The position numbers were made by a program, and so were the translations under genes. DNA of 64,000 nucleotides from Deltaproteobacteria bacterium (GTDB lineage: Bacteria > Bdellovibrionota_B > Oligoflexia > Oligoflexales > Bog-1112): the NCBI GenBank assembly GCA_020635195.1, contig JACKAG010000005.1:22559-86558 (forward strand), read 5' to 3'. Under the pieces are notes generated by a model that saw nothing but the letters and a program-made list of their open reading frames with translations, did no database searches and had not been told where the DNA came from. The stretch's first letter is position 1, and each line of letters opens with the position of its first letter. Positions 10,331 through 20,310 of this stretch are shown here, piece by piece.

Positions 10331-10500
10331 AAGATAAACTTTCTTTTACGTCAGCAATTCCCCGCTGGGTCTAAAACCCTTGCTATCAAAGGGTTTTGAA
10401 ATATTGTCTCCGCAGAATTTTTTGCCATATAAATATTTATTATTAACTCTTAGCTGAACCTCAGATCGGATCAGTGCCTTATGTCAGCTATCCCCCCAGA

Positions 10501-10522
10501 TATACAGCTTTTATACAGCTTT
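10501..10522. repeat. Tandem 11-nt direct repeat (TATACAGCTTT x2) in the intergenic region between the two paralogs
   Basis: The repeat is read directly at 10501-10511 and 10512-10522, about 170-190 nt upstream of the start of the 9068-10330 gene. Its function is unknown. Confidence 0.8.
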
Positions 10523-10640
10523 TTTTATGTGTATGCGGAGAACCACTCTGTTTTTTCCTTTAGTTTTGGGAGGTTGCATACTGGCGAAGAATTGCTGCTT
10601 TTACGTGTGTGTCCGTTGTGTGGTCCGTATCGTTTCTTCG

Positions 10641-11786
10641 TTACAGGGGCAGCGCAGCCTCTCCCGGAGCAGCCGGGTCTTGCTGATCCGTGCCTTCCGC
10701 ATCCCCCCGTAAGAGACGGATCATTTTTTTATAGAACTGAATGAAAGGATGACTCAAAATAGGATCACTATCCGGAGAATCATCCGCCTCCGCATGATAA
10801 AAATCTTCATATTCTGACCACAGAACAGATGAAATCGACCGTGCATCTTCTTCTGTAAGGACTTCAGACAGCAAATCAGAATGATTCATATCACATAATT
10901 TCAGAAAAATACTAAGGCTTCGGAGACGAACAAGCAACTGCCGACTCTTATCATCTCTGTCAGAATTCAGACCCGGTGCCAGTTGCTGTAACGGAATCTC
11001 GCAACAATGATCTCGCTGCATTTCCTGAAGAAACAAATCCTGATACTGTTGCAATATGTCAGAAAGAATAGCACGATTCCTCTCACAATTTATACAGCCA
11101 ACCAGTGATAATTTAAATCCATCATGAAGCTCTCTCGCACAGCTCTGAAACAGGTCTGAATACAGAGGCTCACGCGGATCTACTGCCGGATCTTCCTCAA
11201 ACACGGTCAGCAACAGTGCTAATCGACGAATAAAATAATGCAGATTGCTTCTTGCAGAAGAAGATGGCTCTGGCGTCTTCTCCATCAAAAAAAGGGCAAG
11301 CTCTTCTGCCAGAGTTTTCAGCAGATTGTCATCAACAGAAGCTCCTGCACCTTCATCAAGGCGGCGAATCCAGTCCCCGATATCCGAAGGAACAGGGTGC
11401 TGTGATAATCGCAGACATGGGCATCGTTGCATCGATGCGCTCAGACTCCCCCCCGAAGGCGTAAAACCCGTCTCTGACAGCGGCATTTCAGGATCATCAA
11501 AGTCCCCGATATCATTAGCTAAGTAGTAATAGTCTATATGATCCTGTGAACAGACTCGTGGCAGCTCTTCCATCAAAGAATCACTCAGATCCTGCACTGT
11601 CGCATCAGGATTCAGTTCACGACAATGCAGCCCGCCTGAGCAATTAACGTGAACCCGAATTCTGGGACTGTCTGTCCTCTCCGATCCAAAAGCTACTGTC
11701 TGATCTGAAAACAAGGAGATTACAACATAACTGATGAAAAATAAAGTAAAAAAACAAGAAGAACCCAATTGCACTCTCATAGACAA
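10641..11786 (-). CDS. Secreted hypothetical protein, paralog B (tentative N-terminal beta-grasp/ubiquitin-like region)
   Basis: 381-aa ORF with a hydrophobic N-terminal leader 'CFFTLFFISYVVISLF'. It is collinear with paralog A (see the 9068-10330 feature). A TTG start at 11786 has GGA 6 nt upstream, and ATG at 11780 is an alternative. Confidence 0.7.
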   Translation of the reverse strand: MSMRVQLGSSCFFTLFFISYVVISLFSDQTVAFGSERTDSPRIRVHVNCSGGLHCRELNPDATVQDLSDSLMEELPRVCSQDHIDYYYLANDIGDFDDPEMPLSETGFTPSGGSLSASMQRCPCLRLSQHPVPSDIGDWIRRLDEGAGASVDDNLLKTLAEELALFLMEKTPEPSSSARSNLHYFIRRLALLLTVFEEDPAVDPREPLYSDLFQSCARELHDGFKLSLVGCINCERNRAILSDILQQYQDLFLQEMQRDHCCEIPLQQLAPGLNSDRDDKSRQLLVRLRSLSIFLKLCDMNHSDLLSEVLTEEDARSISSVLWSEYEDFYHAEADDSPDSDPILSHPFIQFYKKMIRLLRGDAEGTDQQDPAAPGEAALPL

Positions 11787-12021
11787 GATCTATCCTTTTA
11801 ATTTTGAATCATTATTTCATCTGGCCTTATGTTGAGGCCAGACGGATGTTTTCTGTACATGCGGCAGAGATTTATATGTTACAAAAAATCAATCGTCAAC
11901 AAAAAAACAAGTCCCTTAAGACGCAGATTAAAAAATCTTCTGTGGTGGAGATTCTTTCTTTCATATATTCTATATACTTATCATGATTTCTAATGAACCA
12001 ACCTGATAAAAGAGGTTTAAG

Positions 12022-12540
12022 ATGTCTGATCAGAAAAAACAGAAAATGTATCTTCCCCGACTGAACTCTTTGTGCAGCCTCGTCCTCCTCCTCAGCCTGG
12101 CAGAGCTGGCGACAGCAGAAGTTCCGGTACAGGATGCCAGTGCCAACAAGGGGCGGCAGTTGTACGCGACAAAAGGCTGCCCCACCTGTCATGGTCTGGA
12201 AAAAAACTGGCATGACAGCAACTATAAAGTTACGTTTCCAAATACCAGAGCGCTGGTGGGATTCTCCGCCGCTGTCAATGAAAAAGCCTCAGAAAACCTG
12301 GATGAAGCAGGCTACATCGAACATTTCGTTCATTCTGTTCTTAAAGATGGCAAGAATCTGAGCACTGATGAGAGCAAAGTCTACGAAAAGATTAAACGAA
12401 ACCCCCAGGGAGTGACTCTGATGGCCAGCATGATCAAAAGTCATTTCACCAAGGCTTCGGAAGCACAAAAGAATGAGGAAATTAAAGCCATAGCAGACTA
12501 CATCCGGGCCTTCAGAAAAAACCCGGCACTCTTTAAATAG
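12022..12540 (+). CDS. Periplasmic c-type cytochrome (class I-like, monohaem)
   Basis: It has a signal peptide 'LCSLVLLLSLAELATA', a single CxxCH motif 'CPTCH' (12178-12192) and a candidate distal Met in 'GVTLMASM'. Confidence 0.75.
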   Translation: MSDQKKQKMYLPRLNSLCSLVLLLSLAELATAEVPVQDASANKGRQLYATKGCPTCHGLEKNWHDSNYKVTFPNTRALVGFSAAVNEKASENLDEAGYIEHFVHSVLKDGKNLSTDESKVYEKIKRNPQGVTLMASMIKSHFTKASEAQKNEEIKAIADYIRAFRKNPALFK

Positions 12541-12611
12541 ATCTGTCACAGAGGGAAACTCTGAGCAGACATAAGCCTTTTCCTTCCCATCAACCTTATA
12601 GAAATTTCGCT

Positions 12612-13367
12612 TCAGAAATGAAGCCCGGAGGGTATGCCACAGCTCAGATGCTGCGTATCTCGCCATTTCAGCAGAGCCTGCCGGATCTGCGCATCTGCTT
12701 TAATAATCCGGAAGCCCCCGCCAGACAAAAGCTGCTGTCCCCCGGAAGACTCCGTATTCTGCCGGAGCCAGACCAGTTCCGTCAGCAGCGTCGCGCCATC
12801 ATGAGGATCGCCAGGGCAGTGTAAAACGACATCAACAATAGCTGATGGAGCTACATCCATTCCGGAAAGTTCTGCCGCAAAAAAGCCCTGCCTCCCCCAC
12901 TGAAAGTGAGGGTTAGCTGTACTAAACAAAGGATGGCTTAATGTCAGATCAAGGCTGGCTTCCGGCTTAAGAGCTGGTCCGGATAATGTCCATATTTTTT
13001 GTGGATCTGCAACTCTCAGCAGATAATCTGTCAGCTCAGAAATTCTGACAGGTTTCTCAAAGATCCGATCGATACCGGAGTTCATCAGCTCAGCAAGTGA
13101 AATCTCCGGATTTCCTGTCATAAGAATCACGGGAACGGCAGGACTCTGCTCACGGACATGTCGGAGCACCTGAAGGCCATCTCCATCGGGCATATGCAGA
13201 TCTGAGATAATCACATCAGGATGTTCCCTGTTAAATAACTCACAAGCCTCTCTGCCTCCGGTCGCTTCTACCGTCAGCACCCCTTCACTTTCCAGCTCAA
13301 AAACGATGCAATCTCTGAGATTTGCTTCATCTTCTGCAATCAGAATTTTCAATGGAGTCGTCATCAT
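12612..13367 (-). CDS. Response regulator: receiver domain plus a C-terminal PilZ-like region (tentative)
   Basis: The REC domain shows 'KILIAEDE', 'VIISDLHMPDGDG' and 'PVILMTG'. The C-terminal ~120 aa ('WGRQGFFAAE ... VVLHCPG ... ELVWLR ... GGGFRII') has a PilZ-like strand pattern. I do not see canonical RxxxR / DxSxxG c-di-GMP motifs. Confidence 0.8.
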   Translation of the reverse strand: MMTTPLKILIAEDEANLRDCIVFELESEGVLTVEATGGREACELFNREHPDVIISDLHMPDGDGLQVLRHVREQSPAVPVILMTGNPEISLAELMNSGIDRIFEKPVRISELTDYLLRVADPQKIWTLSGPALKPEASLDLTLSHPLFSTANPHFQWGRQGFFAAELSGMDVAPSAIVDVVLHCPGDPHDGATLLTELVWLRQNTESSGGQQLLSGGGFRIIKADAQIRQALLKWRDTQHLSCGIPSGLHF

Positions 13368-13391
13368 ACACTCTTTAAAACAGGATAAAAA

Positions 13392-14603
13392 TTATGCGAT
13401 TTCCTGGTGTTTCCTGTCTGTTTCTGATGCAGATTTCTGTGATCTTTGCTTCATAGGCAGCCTGATCACAAACTTCGTATTCGGACTGCTGGCATCAACT
13501 ACCAGCGTCCCCTGATGAGCTTCAATAATACCCTTTATAATACTCATACCCAGCCCGGTACCCTCACCTGCCCTCTTGGTCGTAAAAAATGGTTCAAAAA
13601 TTTTTTTCCGGACTTCCTCCGGAATCCCGCCCCCGCTATCTGTGACTGTCAACTCAATTTCTTCTTTGCCCTCTGATTTCCGCCCTTCAAGGCGTATCCA
13701 TTTTTCATTCATATCGCGAATCGCATCACAGGAATTATTCAGAAGATTGAGAATCACCTGCTGAATCTGAGAGCCGCGGCACTCAAAACTCAGGTTCTCC
13801 GGGACATCTGAAACTAGCCTGATACCGTAAATCTTTATTTTTGCACCATAAAAACTCAATGTTTTTTCAATCAACTCTGCTACCGACTCCCGAAGGAAAG
13901 GGTCACCGTCACTTTGTCTGGAAAATCCTCTCAATCCATCAATAATACTGATCATCCGCTGTGTCTCAGACTGGATAACCTCTGTAATTTTGAAGAGCAT
14001 CGGAGACTCGATCCCCTCCTTTTTTAGCTGAATAAGCAGATGCCGGGACCGGGTCTGAATGATACTGAGGGGATTCACAATTTCATGAACAATTCCGGCA
14101 GACAGTTCTCCCAGAGTCGCCATTTTGTGAGCATGCTCCAGATCTGCTCTGAGGTTAAACTCCTGTACTGCCCGTGTAACAGCTGCCAGCAACTCATCCT
14201 TCTGACATGGTTTCCGCAAATAATCGAAGGCACCAAGCCGCAAACATTCAATCGCAGAAGCCCGATCTTCAGACTGGGTCAGCATAATCGTAATCGTTTG
14301 AGGAAGACTCTCTCTGATCTTAGCCAGAAGAGTAATACCATCTTCCCCTGGCATATTGATATCCAGAACCACAACCGGAGGATTCATCTGACGAAGAAGC
14401 CCGATCGTATCGGCAACAGGCTCCTGCTCAAAGGCACGATAAACATCTGACAACATCGCGACAAGTAACGCGCGGATCATAGGGTCATCATCGACCACAA
14501 CAACATCAACATTCGTCTCGTGAAACTCGTCGGACATCATGATGATCTGACTCTGGGCTGAAGTGAACACAAGACGCTGAAGGTATTCCCGCGTCACAGA
14601 CAT
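13392..14603 (-). CDS. Hybrid sensor histidine kinase (N-terminal receiver, HisKA and HATPase_c domains)
   Basis: It has a REC domain ('VVVVDDDPM', '[13 protein letters not shown]'), an H-box '[13 protein letters not shown]', an N-box '[11 protein letters not shown]' and a G-box '[18 protein letters not shown]'. No TM segment is evident, so it is probably cytoplasmic. Confidence 0.9.
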   Translation of the reverse strand: MSVTREYLQRLVFTSAQSQIIMMSDEFHETNVDVVVVDDDPMIRALLVAMLSDVYRAFEQEPVADTIGLLRQMNPPVVVLDINMPGEDGITLLAKIRESLPQTITIMLTQSEDRASAIECLRLGAFDYLRKPCQKDELLAAVTRAVQEFNLRADLEHAHKMATLGELSAGIVHEIVNPLSIIQTRSRHLLIQLKKEGIESPMLFKITEVIQSETQRMISIIDGLRGFSRQSDGDPFLRESVAELIEKTLSFYGAKIKIYGIRLVSDVPENLSFECRGSQIQQVILNLLNNSCDAIRDMNEKWIRLEGRKSEGKEEIELTVTDSGGGIPEEVRKKIFEPFFTTKRAGEGTGLGMSIIKGIIEAHQGTLVVDASSPNTKFVIRLPMKQRSQKSASETDRKHQEIA

Positions 14604-14620
14604 CCTTCGGCCAGAGATTT

Positions 14621-14677
14621 AAAAACTAAAAAATCAAAAGAAAATTCTGATACAAAAAATATTTTTTCATATCAGAA
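14621..14677 (-). terminator. Candidate intrinsic terminator of pckG (AT-rich near-perfect 33-nt palindrome plus U-tract)
   Basis: The plus-strand sequence at 14645-14677, TTCTGATACAAAAAATATTTTTTCATATCAGAA, is nearly self-complementary. On the minus strand it is followed by TTTTCTTTTGATTTTTT. It lies 33 nt downstream of the pckG stop. Confidence 0.5.
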
Positions 14678-14709
14678 TCAAAGCTTAGCCATCACAACCA
14701 GAGAATATC

Positions 14710-16452
14710 TTAGCCGAGATCATCAATCATCTGATCCTGCTCTTCTCTGAGACGATCAGGAACAGAAACCCCAAAAGTTTCCAGGTAGGTCCTGACCTTA
14801 CTGATTTCATCCCTCCAGCCCTGCTTATCAATAGCACACAGCTCCTGCATATCCTCTTTACGCATATTAAGTCCATCTGTCGAAATAGCTCCTTCTGCGG
14901 GGAGCAGACCAATCGCAGATCGACAGGCTTCGGCCCGACCTTCTGCCCGATCAAGGACCCATCTCAGGACCCTGAGGTTTTCACCAAAACCAGGCCACAG
15001 ATATCGTCCATCAGCTCCCTGACGGAACCAGTTCACATGAAAGACCCTGGGAAGCTCAGAGCAGACACTTTCAAAGCTCAGCCAGTGCCTCCAGTAGTCG
15101 GCAAAGTTATAACCACAGAAAGGTTTCATGGCCATAGGGTCATGACGAAGAATACCAACTTTGCCGGTCGCCGCTGCTGTGGTTTCAGATGCAACAGAAG
15201 CTCCCATTAACACGCCATGCGCCCAGTTTTTTGATTCATAAACCAGAGGAATCAGTGACGGACGCCGCCCCCCGAAAACAATTGCAGAAATGGGGACTCC
15301 TTCCGGATTTTCCATTTCCCGGCTCCACGAGGGACACTGATGTGCAGCTACTGTAAATCTGGAATTAGGATGAGCGGCAGGTCCCTGACCTGGTGTATAA
15401 GGTCGCCCCTGCCAGTCCACAGCTGGGACCTCATCATCCTTACCTTCCCACCATGGCTGTCCATCCGCAGTCATAGCGACATTCGTAAAAATCGTATCCC
15501 GACTGAGCATATTCAGGGCATTCGGGTTGGTCTTCCGCGATGTTCCCGGAGCAACACCAAAAAACCCTGCTTCAGGGTTAATCGCCCATAAACGACCATC
15601 TTTACCGGGATGAAGCCATGCAATATCATCGCCAACAGTCCAGACTTTCCAGCCTTTATGACTTTCCGGAGGAATCAGCATCGCAAGATTTGTTTTTCCA
15701 CACTGGGAGGGAAAAGCAGCAGCAATATAGCGGACCTCTCCTTCAGGGTTTTCAATGCCAACAATCAGCATATGCTCAGCCAGCCACCCCTCCTGCAAAC
15801 CCTGATAACTGGCAATCCGCAGAGCATGGCATTTTTTCCCAAGAAGGGCATTCCCACCATAGCCAGAACCTATGCTGTTAATCATAAGCTCTTCCGGGAA
15901 GTGCATGATCAGCCGGTGCTCTTCTTTCAGATCTCCGGTCGAGTGCAGCCCTTTCACAAAAACACCATCTTCTGTGATTTTCTCAAGAGCCGCATCCCCC
16001 ATCCGGGTCATCAGCTTCATGTTCGCCACGACATAAGGGCTGTCGGTAATCTCAACCCCACAGCGGGCATAGGGGGAATCCAGAGGCCCCATGCAATAAG
16101 GCACCACATACATGGTCCGGCCCTGCATACAGCCGGAAAACAGTGCATCCGCTTTCTGATGTCCGTCAGAAGGATGCATCCAGTTATTGTTAGGACCTGC
16201 CGACTCCTGTTTTTCCGTACAAACGAAAGTCAGATGCTCCGTTCTGGCAACATCATTCGGATCTGAGCGGTGCAGGTAACAGCCCGGGTGCGTCGTCTGA
16301 TTCAGCTCCAGCAATGAGCCATCTGCCAGCATCAGCCGGATCAGATCCTGATACTCCTGCTCACTCCCCGTACACCAGTGAACAGAGGCCGCTTTAGTCA
16401 GCCTTGCGCTCTCCTCTACCCAGTCCTTTAGTTTCTGACATATTTTCATCAT
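14710..16452 (-). CDS. pckG: Phosphoenolpyruvate carboxykinase (GTP)
   Basis: It resembles GTP-type PEPCK throughout ('FPSQCGKTNLAML', 'VGDDIAWL', 'NWFR' near the C-terminus). I place the start at ATGATG 16447-16452 (MMKICQKL). The upstream extension to 16602 is rejected. Confidence 0.93.
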   Translation of the reverse strand: MMKICQKLKDWVEESARLTKAASVHWCTGSEQEYQDLIRLMLADGSLLELNQTTHPGCYLHRSDPNDVARTEHLTFVCTEKQESAGPNNNWMHPSDGHQKADALFSGCMQGRTMYVVPYCMGPLDSPYARCGVEITDSPYVVANMKLMTRMGDAALEKITEDGVFVKGLHSTGDLKEEHRLIMHFPEELMINSIGSGYGGNALLGKKCHALRIASYQGLQEGWLAEHMLIVGIENPEGEVRYIAAAFPSQCGKTNLAMLIPPESHKGWKVWTVGDDIAWLHPGKDGRLWAINPEAGFFGVAPGTSRKTNPNALNMLSRDTIFTNVAMTADGQPWWEGKDDEVPAVDWQGRPYTPGQGPAAHPNSRFTVAAHQCPSWSREMENPEGVPISAIVFGGRRPSLIPLVYESKNWAHGVLMGASVASETTAAATGKVGILRHDPMAMKPFCGYNFADYWRHWLSFESVCSELPRVFHVNWFRQGADGRYLWPGFGENLRVLRWVLDRAEGRAEACRSAIGLLPAEGAISTDGLNMRKEDMQELCAIDKQGWRDEISKVRTYLETFGVSVPDRLREEQDQMIDDLG

Positions 16453-16696
16453 CTGATGTCTCCCTACTCTGAATCGGTCATTCCGGATGCTCTTCTTATC
16501 ATCCCTGCTGACTGCCAAAGTCTCAAGACTTTTCAGAGGCAGTTCTGTAAGCCCGGATAGCCCAAAAGGGACTGAGTCGCCAGGATCATACTGCCTGGTC
16601 AACCAAAATCAAAGAATCGGCAACACGCTATAATGGACATCACCAGTCAGCAAGGGTCTTTCATCACGATAAAGAAAGGCATTTTCAAAGAAAAAC

Positions 16697-19600
16697 ATGG
16701 AAGAAAGCACTGTTAAAAGTAAAGACCGAAGAAAAAACAGCTTAATGATCCGAATTCCACTCTTTGGCTTTGCAGGCTGCCTCTGTCTGATTGTTTTATT
16801 TTATCTTTTTTTACTGATATTTATAGATGGGAATCGTGTCAGAGAATGGACCCGATCCACCATTCTGGACAAAAGCGGGCTTATATTTCAGGCAGATGAG
16901 TTTCATTTTAATCTGAATCACGGGCTATCTGTCTCAAAAATCAGACTCAATCTCCCCGGCAGCAAAGACAGCCCAGAGACGAACCTGAAAGACCAGGCTA
17001 TTTTTACCGCAGATCAGCTGAGCCTTCATTACAGACTTGCTGATATTTTTTCAGGAAAAATCGGGATCTCAGAATTCAGCCTGCTTAATCCTGTCCTTTC
17101 TCTTGAAAAAAAAGAGGGGGTCTTGAACTTTGACCAAATATTACAACACATGAACTCACAGACGCAGATGGAACCCGACAAAGCAGCAGAAAAACCATCT
17201 GAAAGCAGCTCATTATCAACGTTTCTTCCCCTGATATCAGAGAATTTCAGCCTGCCTGTTCAGCTTTTTCTCCGCAAGGTCGCCATTAAGAATCTGAGCA
17301 TTTTATGGTCCGAAAGCTCTTCTCAGGAAGGAACCATGCAGTCCCGGAAAGCGGAGCTGAGGGGGCTCTCTGCTCAGGTTCAGCTTGAAGCCCAGGGCAA
17401 AGAAAGTGACCTGATCCTTCATCTTCACCAGGAAAAAACCGCAGAAAAAGAAAGACTCATCGTCACATATGAAGCATCCCAGGGCCCCTCAGGACAGGCA
17501 GCAGATCAGAAAATCATGATCGGATCAGAGCTTGACATCAGGCTAGAACTCAAAAATCTCAGGAACATGCAGCTCAGTTTTCGACACAAACTGGACGAAG
17601 TGACCGGAATTCAGGCTCTCCCCCCGGAACTGGACAGCCAGCTCAACATTTCGCTGTCCATCACAGAGGATCTGCGGAAGATACGTATCGAAGAAATGAA
17701 AGCTCATATCGGAACTCTGCCTGGAACTCTGGCCGAATTTGCTGCGACAGGGGATGTGACATTACTCACTTCAGCTAAAGATCGCTTTCTGATCAACCTG
17801 GACAGTTCCTGCCTTCTTTCTCTGGAAGACATCACAGAGACAGCCCTTCCTCTGATACAGCAAATACAGCCCGAACTCAGCAAGGGTCTGAAAGCCAGTG
17901 GTTACCTCGAACTGAAGTCACTCAGCATCAAAGGAGTCGCCGATCCAGCCAGTCTCTCCAGCCTTCAGAAGCCCGGTAGCCAGCTCAGCGATGGACTACC
18001 AGCCATCAACGCCAGATTATATCTGAACCAGATCAGCGCAGATATTCCGGCAAAAGGGCTTCGTCTGCATCCAGTCAATGGACAGATCGCTCTTTCACTA
18101 AGCCCTGCCCTGACAGGATCAGGAAGCCAGATTGATATCTATCAGGACCTTCACCTGGAAGGCGTGGAGTCTGCCTCAGAACTTTCTGGCTTATCTCTGA
18201 AAAGTTCCGTCACAGATCTGTCACTGCGTTCACTGATCCGGGCGAACTGGCCATCTCTGGAATTCCCTGTCATCCGCAACCAGATCCGATCACCTTCCAT
18301 CACAGCCTGGACGAATGGGCAGCAAAGCTTCAGATCCCCATTCTTTCTGGAACAGCAGGCTTTTATCAGTTCCGGGCAGGAAGATGCCTCTGCCTCACTT
18401 CAGGTCAGATCAGGAAAGCTGCTGTCCATCCGGATCAACGGACGATGTGAGCAGAAATGCCTGAAAACTGATGTTCAAAGTGATCTGAGACTTGACTCTC
18501 TGGAAAGCCTTCTCCGGATCGTCCGCCCCTTCACCAGAGCCTTAGGGATGGAAGAAAAACTCCCCGCGGTACTTACCGGACATGTCAATCTTCATTCTGA
18601 AATGACAGGTTCCCTGCCTGCTTTCGGGCTCCTCAGTTTGCAGCAACTGAATCAGGGAGCGCATATAAACTTTCGCAAGCAGCTGAATATCGGAAATTTT
18701 TCATTCCGTGATCCGCTCAGAGGACTCGACCTGAAGAACCTGGAACTGAATCTCAGCAGCAGCGGAGATCTCCGGAAACAGCAGAGTACATTCAGCTGCC
18801 GCATCGATTCTGCGAAGATTCTGACAGCCGGGACAGAGACAACAGAAGCACAGAGCTTCTCTCTTAGCCGCTTTGCCATCAATCAGAGCCTGCAATCAGA
18901 ACGGCTATCCCCCTTCCCGGAGCATTTTTCCCCGGAATGGCTTCTGTCAGCGATGAAGGCAGAGCATGAACTGGACCTTTACTGGGGCAGCCTGGATACG
19001 GGGGCCGTATTTCCGGCTCCCTTAAAAGATTTCCGGATGAAAACAGCTCTGAGTGTTCACCATGGCAGAAAGATAAATCTCAGAGAGTTACAGTTACAGC
19101 TCCCGGACTTTGGAGCCACATTGAAAAGCAATCTGACAGCTGATTTTTCTTCATCCATCCTGCAAGGCAGCCTGCCACAAACACTCAAAGGGAATATCGA
19201 TGCCCTTATCGACCAGTCAGGAACAGAGGACATTCCCCTGCCTTTCAAAAGCTCCGGAAAATTTTCACTAAATCTCGGAGTCCACAGCCGCGATCATATG
19301 GCGACCGTGCTCACCGATGGAAAACTCGAATTTAATCACTTCAGCCTGAAATCTGCTGATCAGGAAGGGAGTTCTAACCCTCCCATGATCATTCATGATG
19401 TCAACGGCAACATACCCTTTCAGCGCACATTTGATCTGTCTATGCTGTCATCCTCAGAAAAAAAACACATGAATCCTGCAGACAATCCTGAAGAAAACGA
19501 CCGGGATGACTCTCAGATTTCTTCAGTTCCTGAACTGGAATCGCTTCTGTCATCCTGGGAGCATCGCAGTCTTAAGCTGCATGATGTCAAGAAAAACGCA

Positions 19601-20284
19601 ATGACACTCGCAGATTACAATCATATCCGTCCGTTCTATCCTACAAAACAATCGGTCCGTATAGCACGCCTTGCGGCTGCAAATCTGATGGCCGAGGATC
19701 TCGAATTCGACATTGAACTCAGTCAGAACTGGATTTCCCTCAATCAGTTTATGATGACGTTTCTCGATGGTCAGGTTCAGGGTTCTGTACAACTCGGATT
19801 TGACGGACTTCATCCTCATACCCTGCGATCGACCCTGCATCTCAGCCATCTGGATACTCACAAACTTCTGGATCGTTTCCCTGCCTTACAGCAGGAGACA
19901 GATTCAGGTTTACTGAGTGCCGACCCATGGCTGGATGCTTCTGTCCATCTGAATTACAGAATTCCGCAGCAGGATATATCAGGAGGAATCAATATTACAT
20001 CCATTGGTAAAGAACAGCTGAGAATGATGCTGTTTTACGTTGATCCTGAAGAGAAAGATCCTGCCATTGAAAAAGTAAGAAGCGCTTTGCGTTTTGGCGA
20101 AGTCGATCTGGTCCAGATCCCCATTAAAAACGGGGAAGCTGATATCGATGTCGGCGTCAGACTTATGGCAGGAATTCCATTTCCTCTGCCTAAAATCACT
20201 CATATTTCTCTGGCAACGATTCTGAACAATATGATGAAACAATCATCGAAGAAAGAAGCAGAAGAACAAAAAAAGACTCTCTGA
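16697..20284 (+). CDS. AsmA-like (YdbH/TamB-type) envelope-spanning protein
   Basis: 1,195 aa with one N-terminal TM helix 'IPLFGFAGCLCLIVLFYLFLLIF', followed by a long repetitive, beta-rich region without other TM segments. It is followed directly by a DUF1318/YdbL-like gene, as ydbH is in E. coli. The family call is by architecture and synteny. Confidence 0.6.
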   Translation: MEESTVKSKDRRKNSLMIRIPLFGFAGCLCLIVLFYLFLLIFIDGNRVREWTRSTILDKSGLIFQADEFHFNLNHGLSVSKIRLNLPGSKDSPETNLKDQAIFTADQLSLHYRLADIFSGKIGISEFSLLNPVLSLEKKEGVLNFDQILQHMNSQTQMEPDKAAEKPSESSSLSTFLPLISENFSLPVQLFLRKVAIKNLSILWSESSSQEGTMQSRKAELRGLSAQVQLEAQGKESDLILHLHQEKTAEKERLIVTYEASQGPSGQAADQKIMIGSELDIRLELKNLRNMQLSFRHKLDEVTGIQALPPELDSQLNISLSITEDLRKIRIEEMKAHIGTLPGTLAEFAATGDVTLLTSAKDRFLINLDSSCLLSLEDITETALPLIQQIQPELSKGLKASGYLELKSLSIKGVADPASLSSLQKPGSQLSDGLPAINARLYLNQISADIPAKGLRLHPVNGQIALSLSPALTGSGSQIDIYQDLHLEGVESASELSGLSLKSSVTDLSLRSLIRANWPSLEFPVIRNQIRSPSITAWTNGQQSFRSPFFLEQQAFISSGQEDASASLQVRSGKLLSIRINGRCEQKCLKTDVQSDLRLDSLESLLRIVRPFTRALGMEEKLPAVLTGHVNLHSEMTGSLPAFGLLSLQQLNQGAHINFRKQLNIGNFSFRDPLRGLDLKNLELNLSSSGDLRKQQSTFSCRIDSAKILTAGTETTEAQSFSLSRFAINQSLQSERLSPFPEHFSPEWLLSAMKAEHELDLYWGSLDTGAVFPAPLKDFRMKTALSVHHGRKINLRELQLQLPDFGATLKSNLTADFSSSILQGSLPQTLKGNIDALIDQSGTEDIPLPFKSSGKFSLNLGVHSRDHMATVLTDGKLEFNHFSLKSADQEGSSNPPMIIHDVNGNIPFQRTFDLSMLSSSEKKHMNPADNPEENDRDDSQISSVPELESLLSSWEHRSLKLHDVKKNAMTLADYNHIRPFYPTKQSVRIARLAAANLMAEDLEFDIELSQNWISLNQFMMTFLDGQVQGSVQLGFDGLHPHTLRSTLHLSHLDTHKLLDRFPALQQETDSGLLSADPWLDASVHLNYRIPQQDISGGINITSIGKEQLRMMLFYVDPEEKDPAIEKVRSALRFGEVDLVQIPIKNGEADIDVGVRLMAGIPFPLPKITHISLATILNNMMKQSSKKEAEEQKKTL

Positions 20285-20310
20285 TCACTCAAGACAGCAC
20301 AGGATCTGAT

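Noticed and set aside
10373-10397. Hairpin AAAACCCTT-(7 nt)-AAGGGTTTT between the two paralog genes, considered as a bidirectional terminator.
   Set aside because: The G/C core is only 5 bp. It lies 244 nt from the upstream gene's stop. The flanking A/T runs are part of the stem rather than a free U-tract. It is too weak to call.
15610-16266. 218-aa ORF on the plus strand, antisense to pckG.
   Set aside because: It lies entirely inside a strongly supported PEPCK(GTP) gene. Its translation is low-complexity with no recognisable motifs and no RBS. It is a typical shadow ORF.
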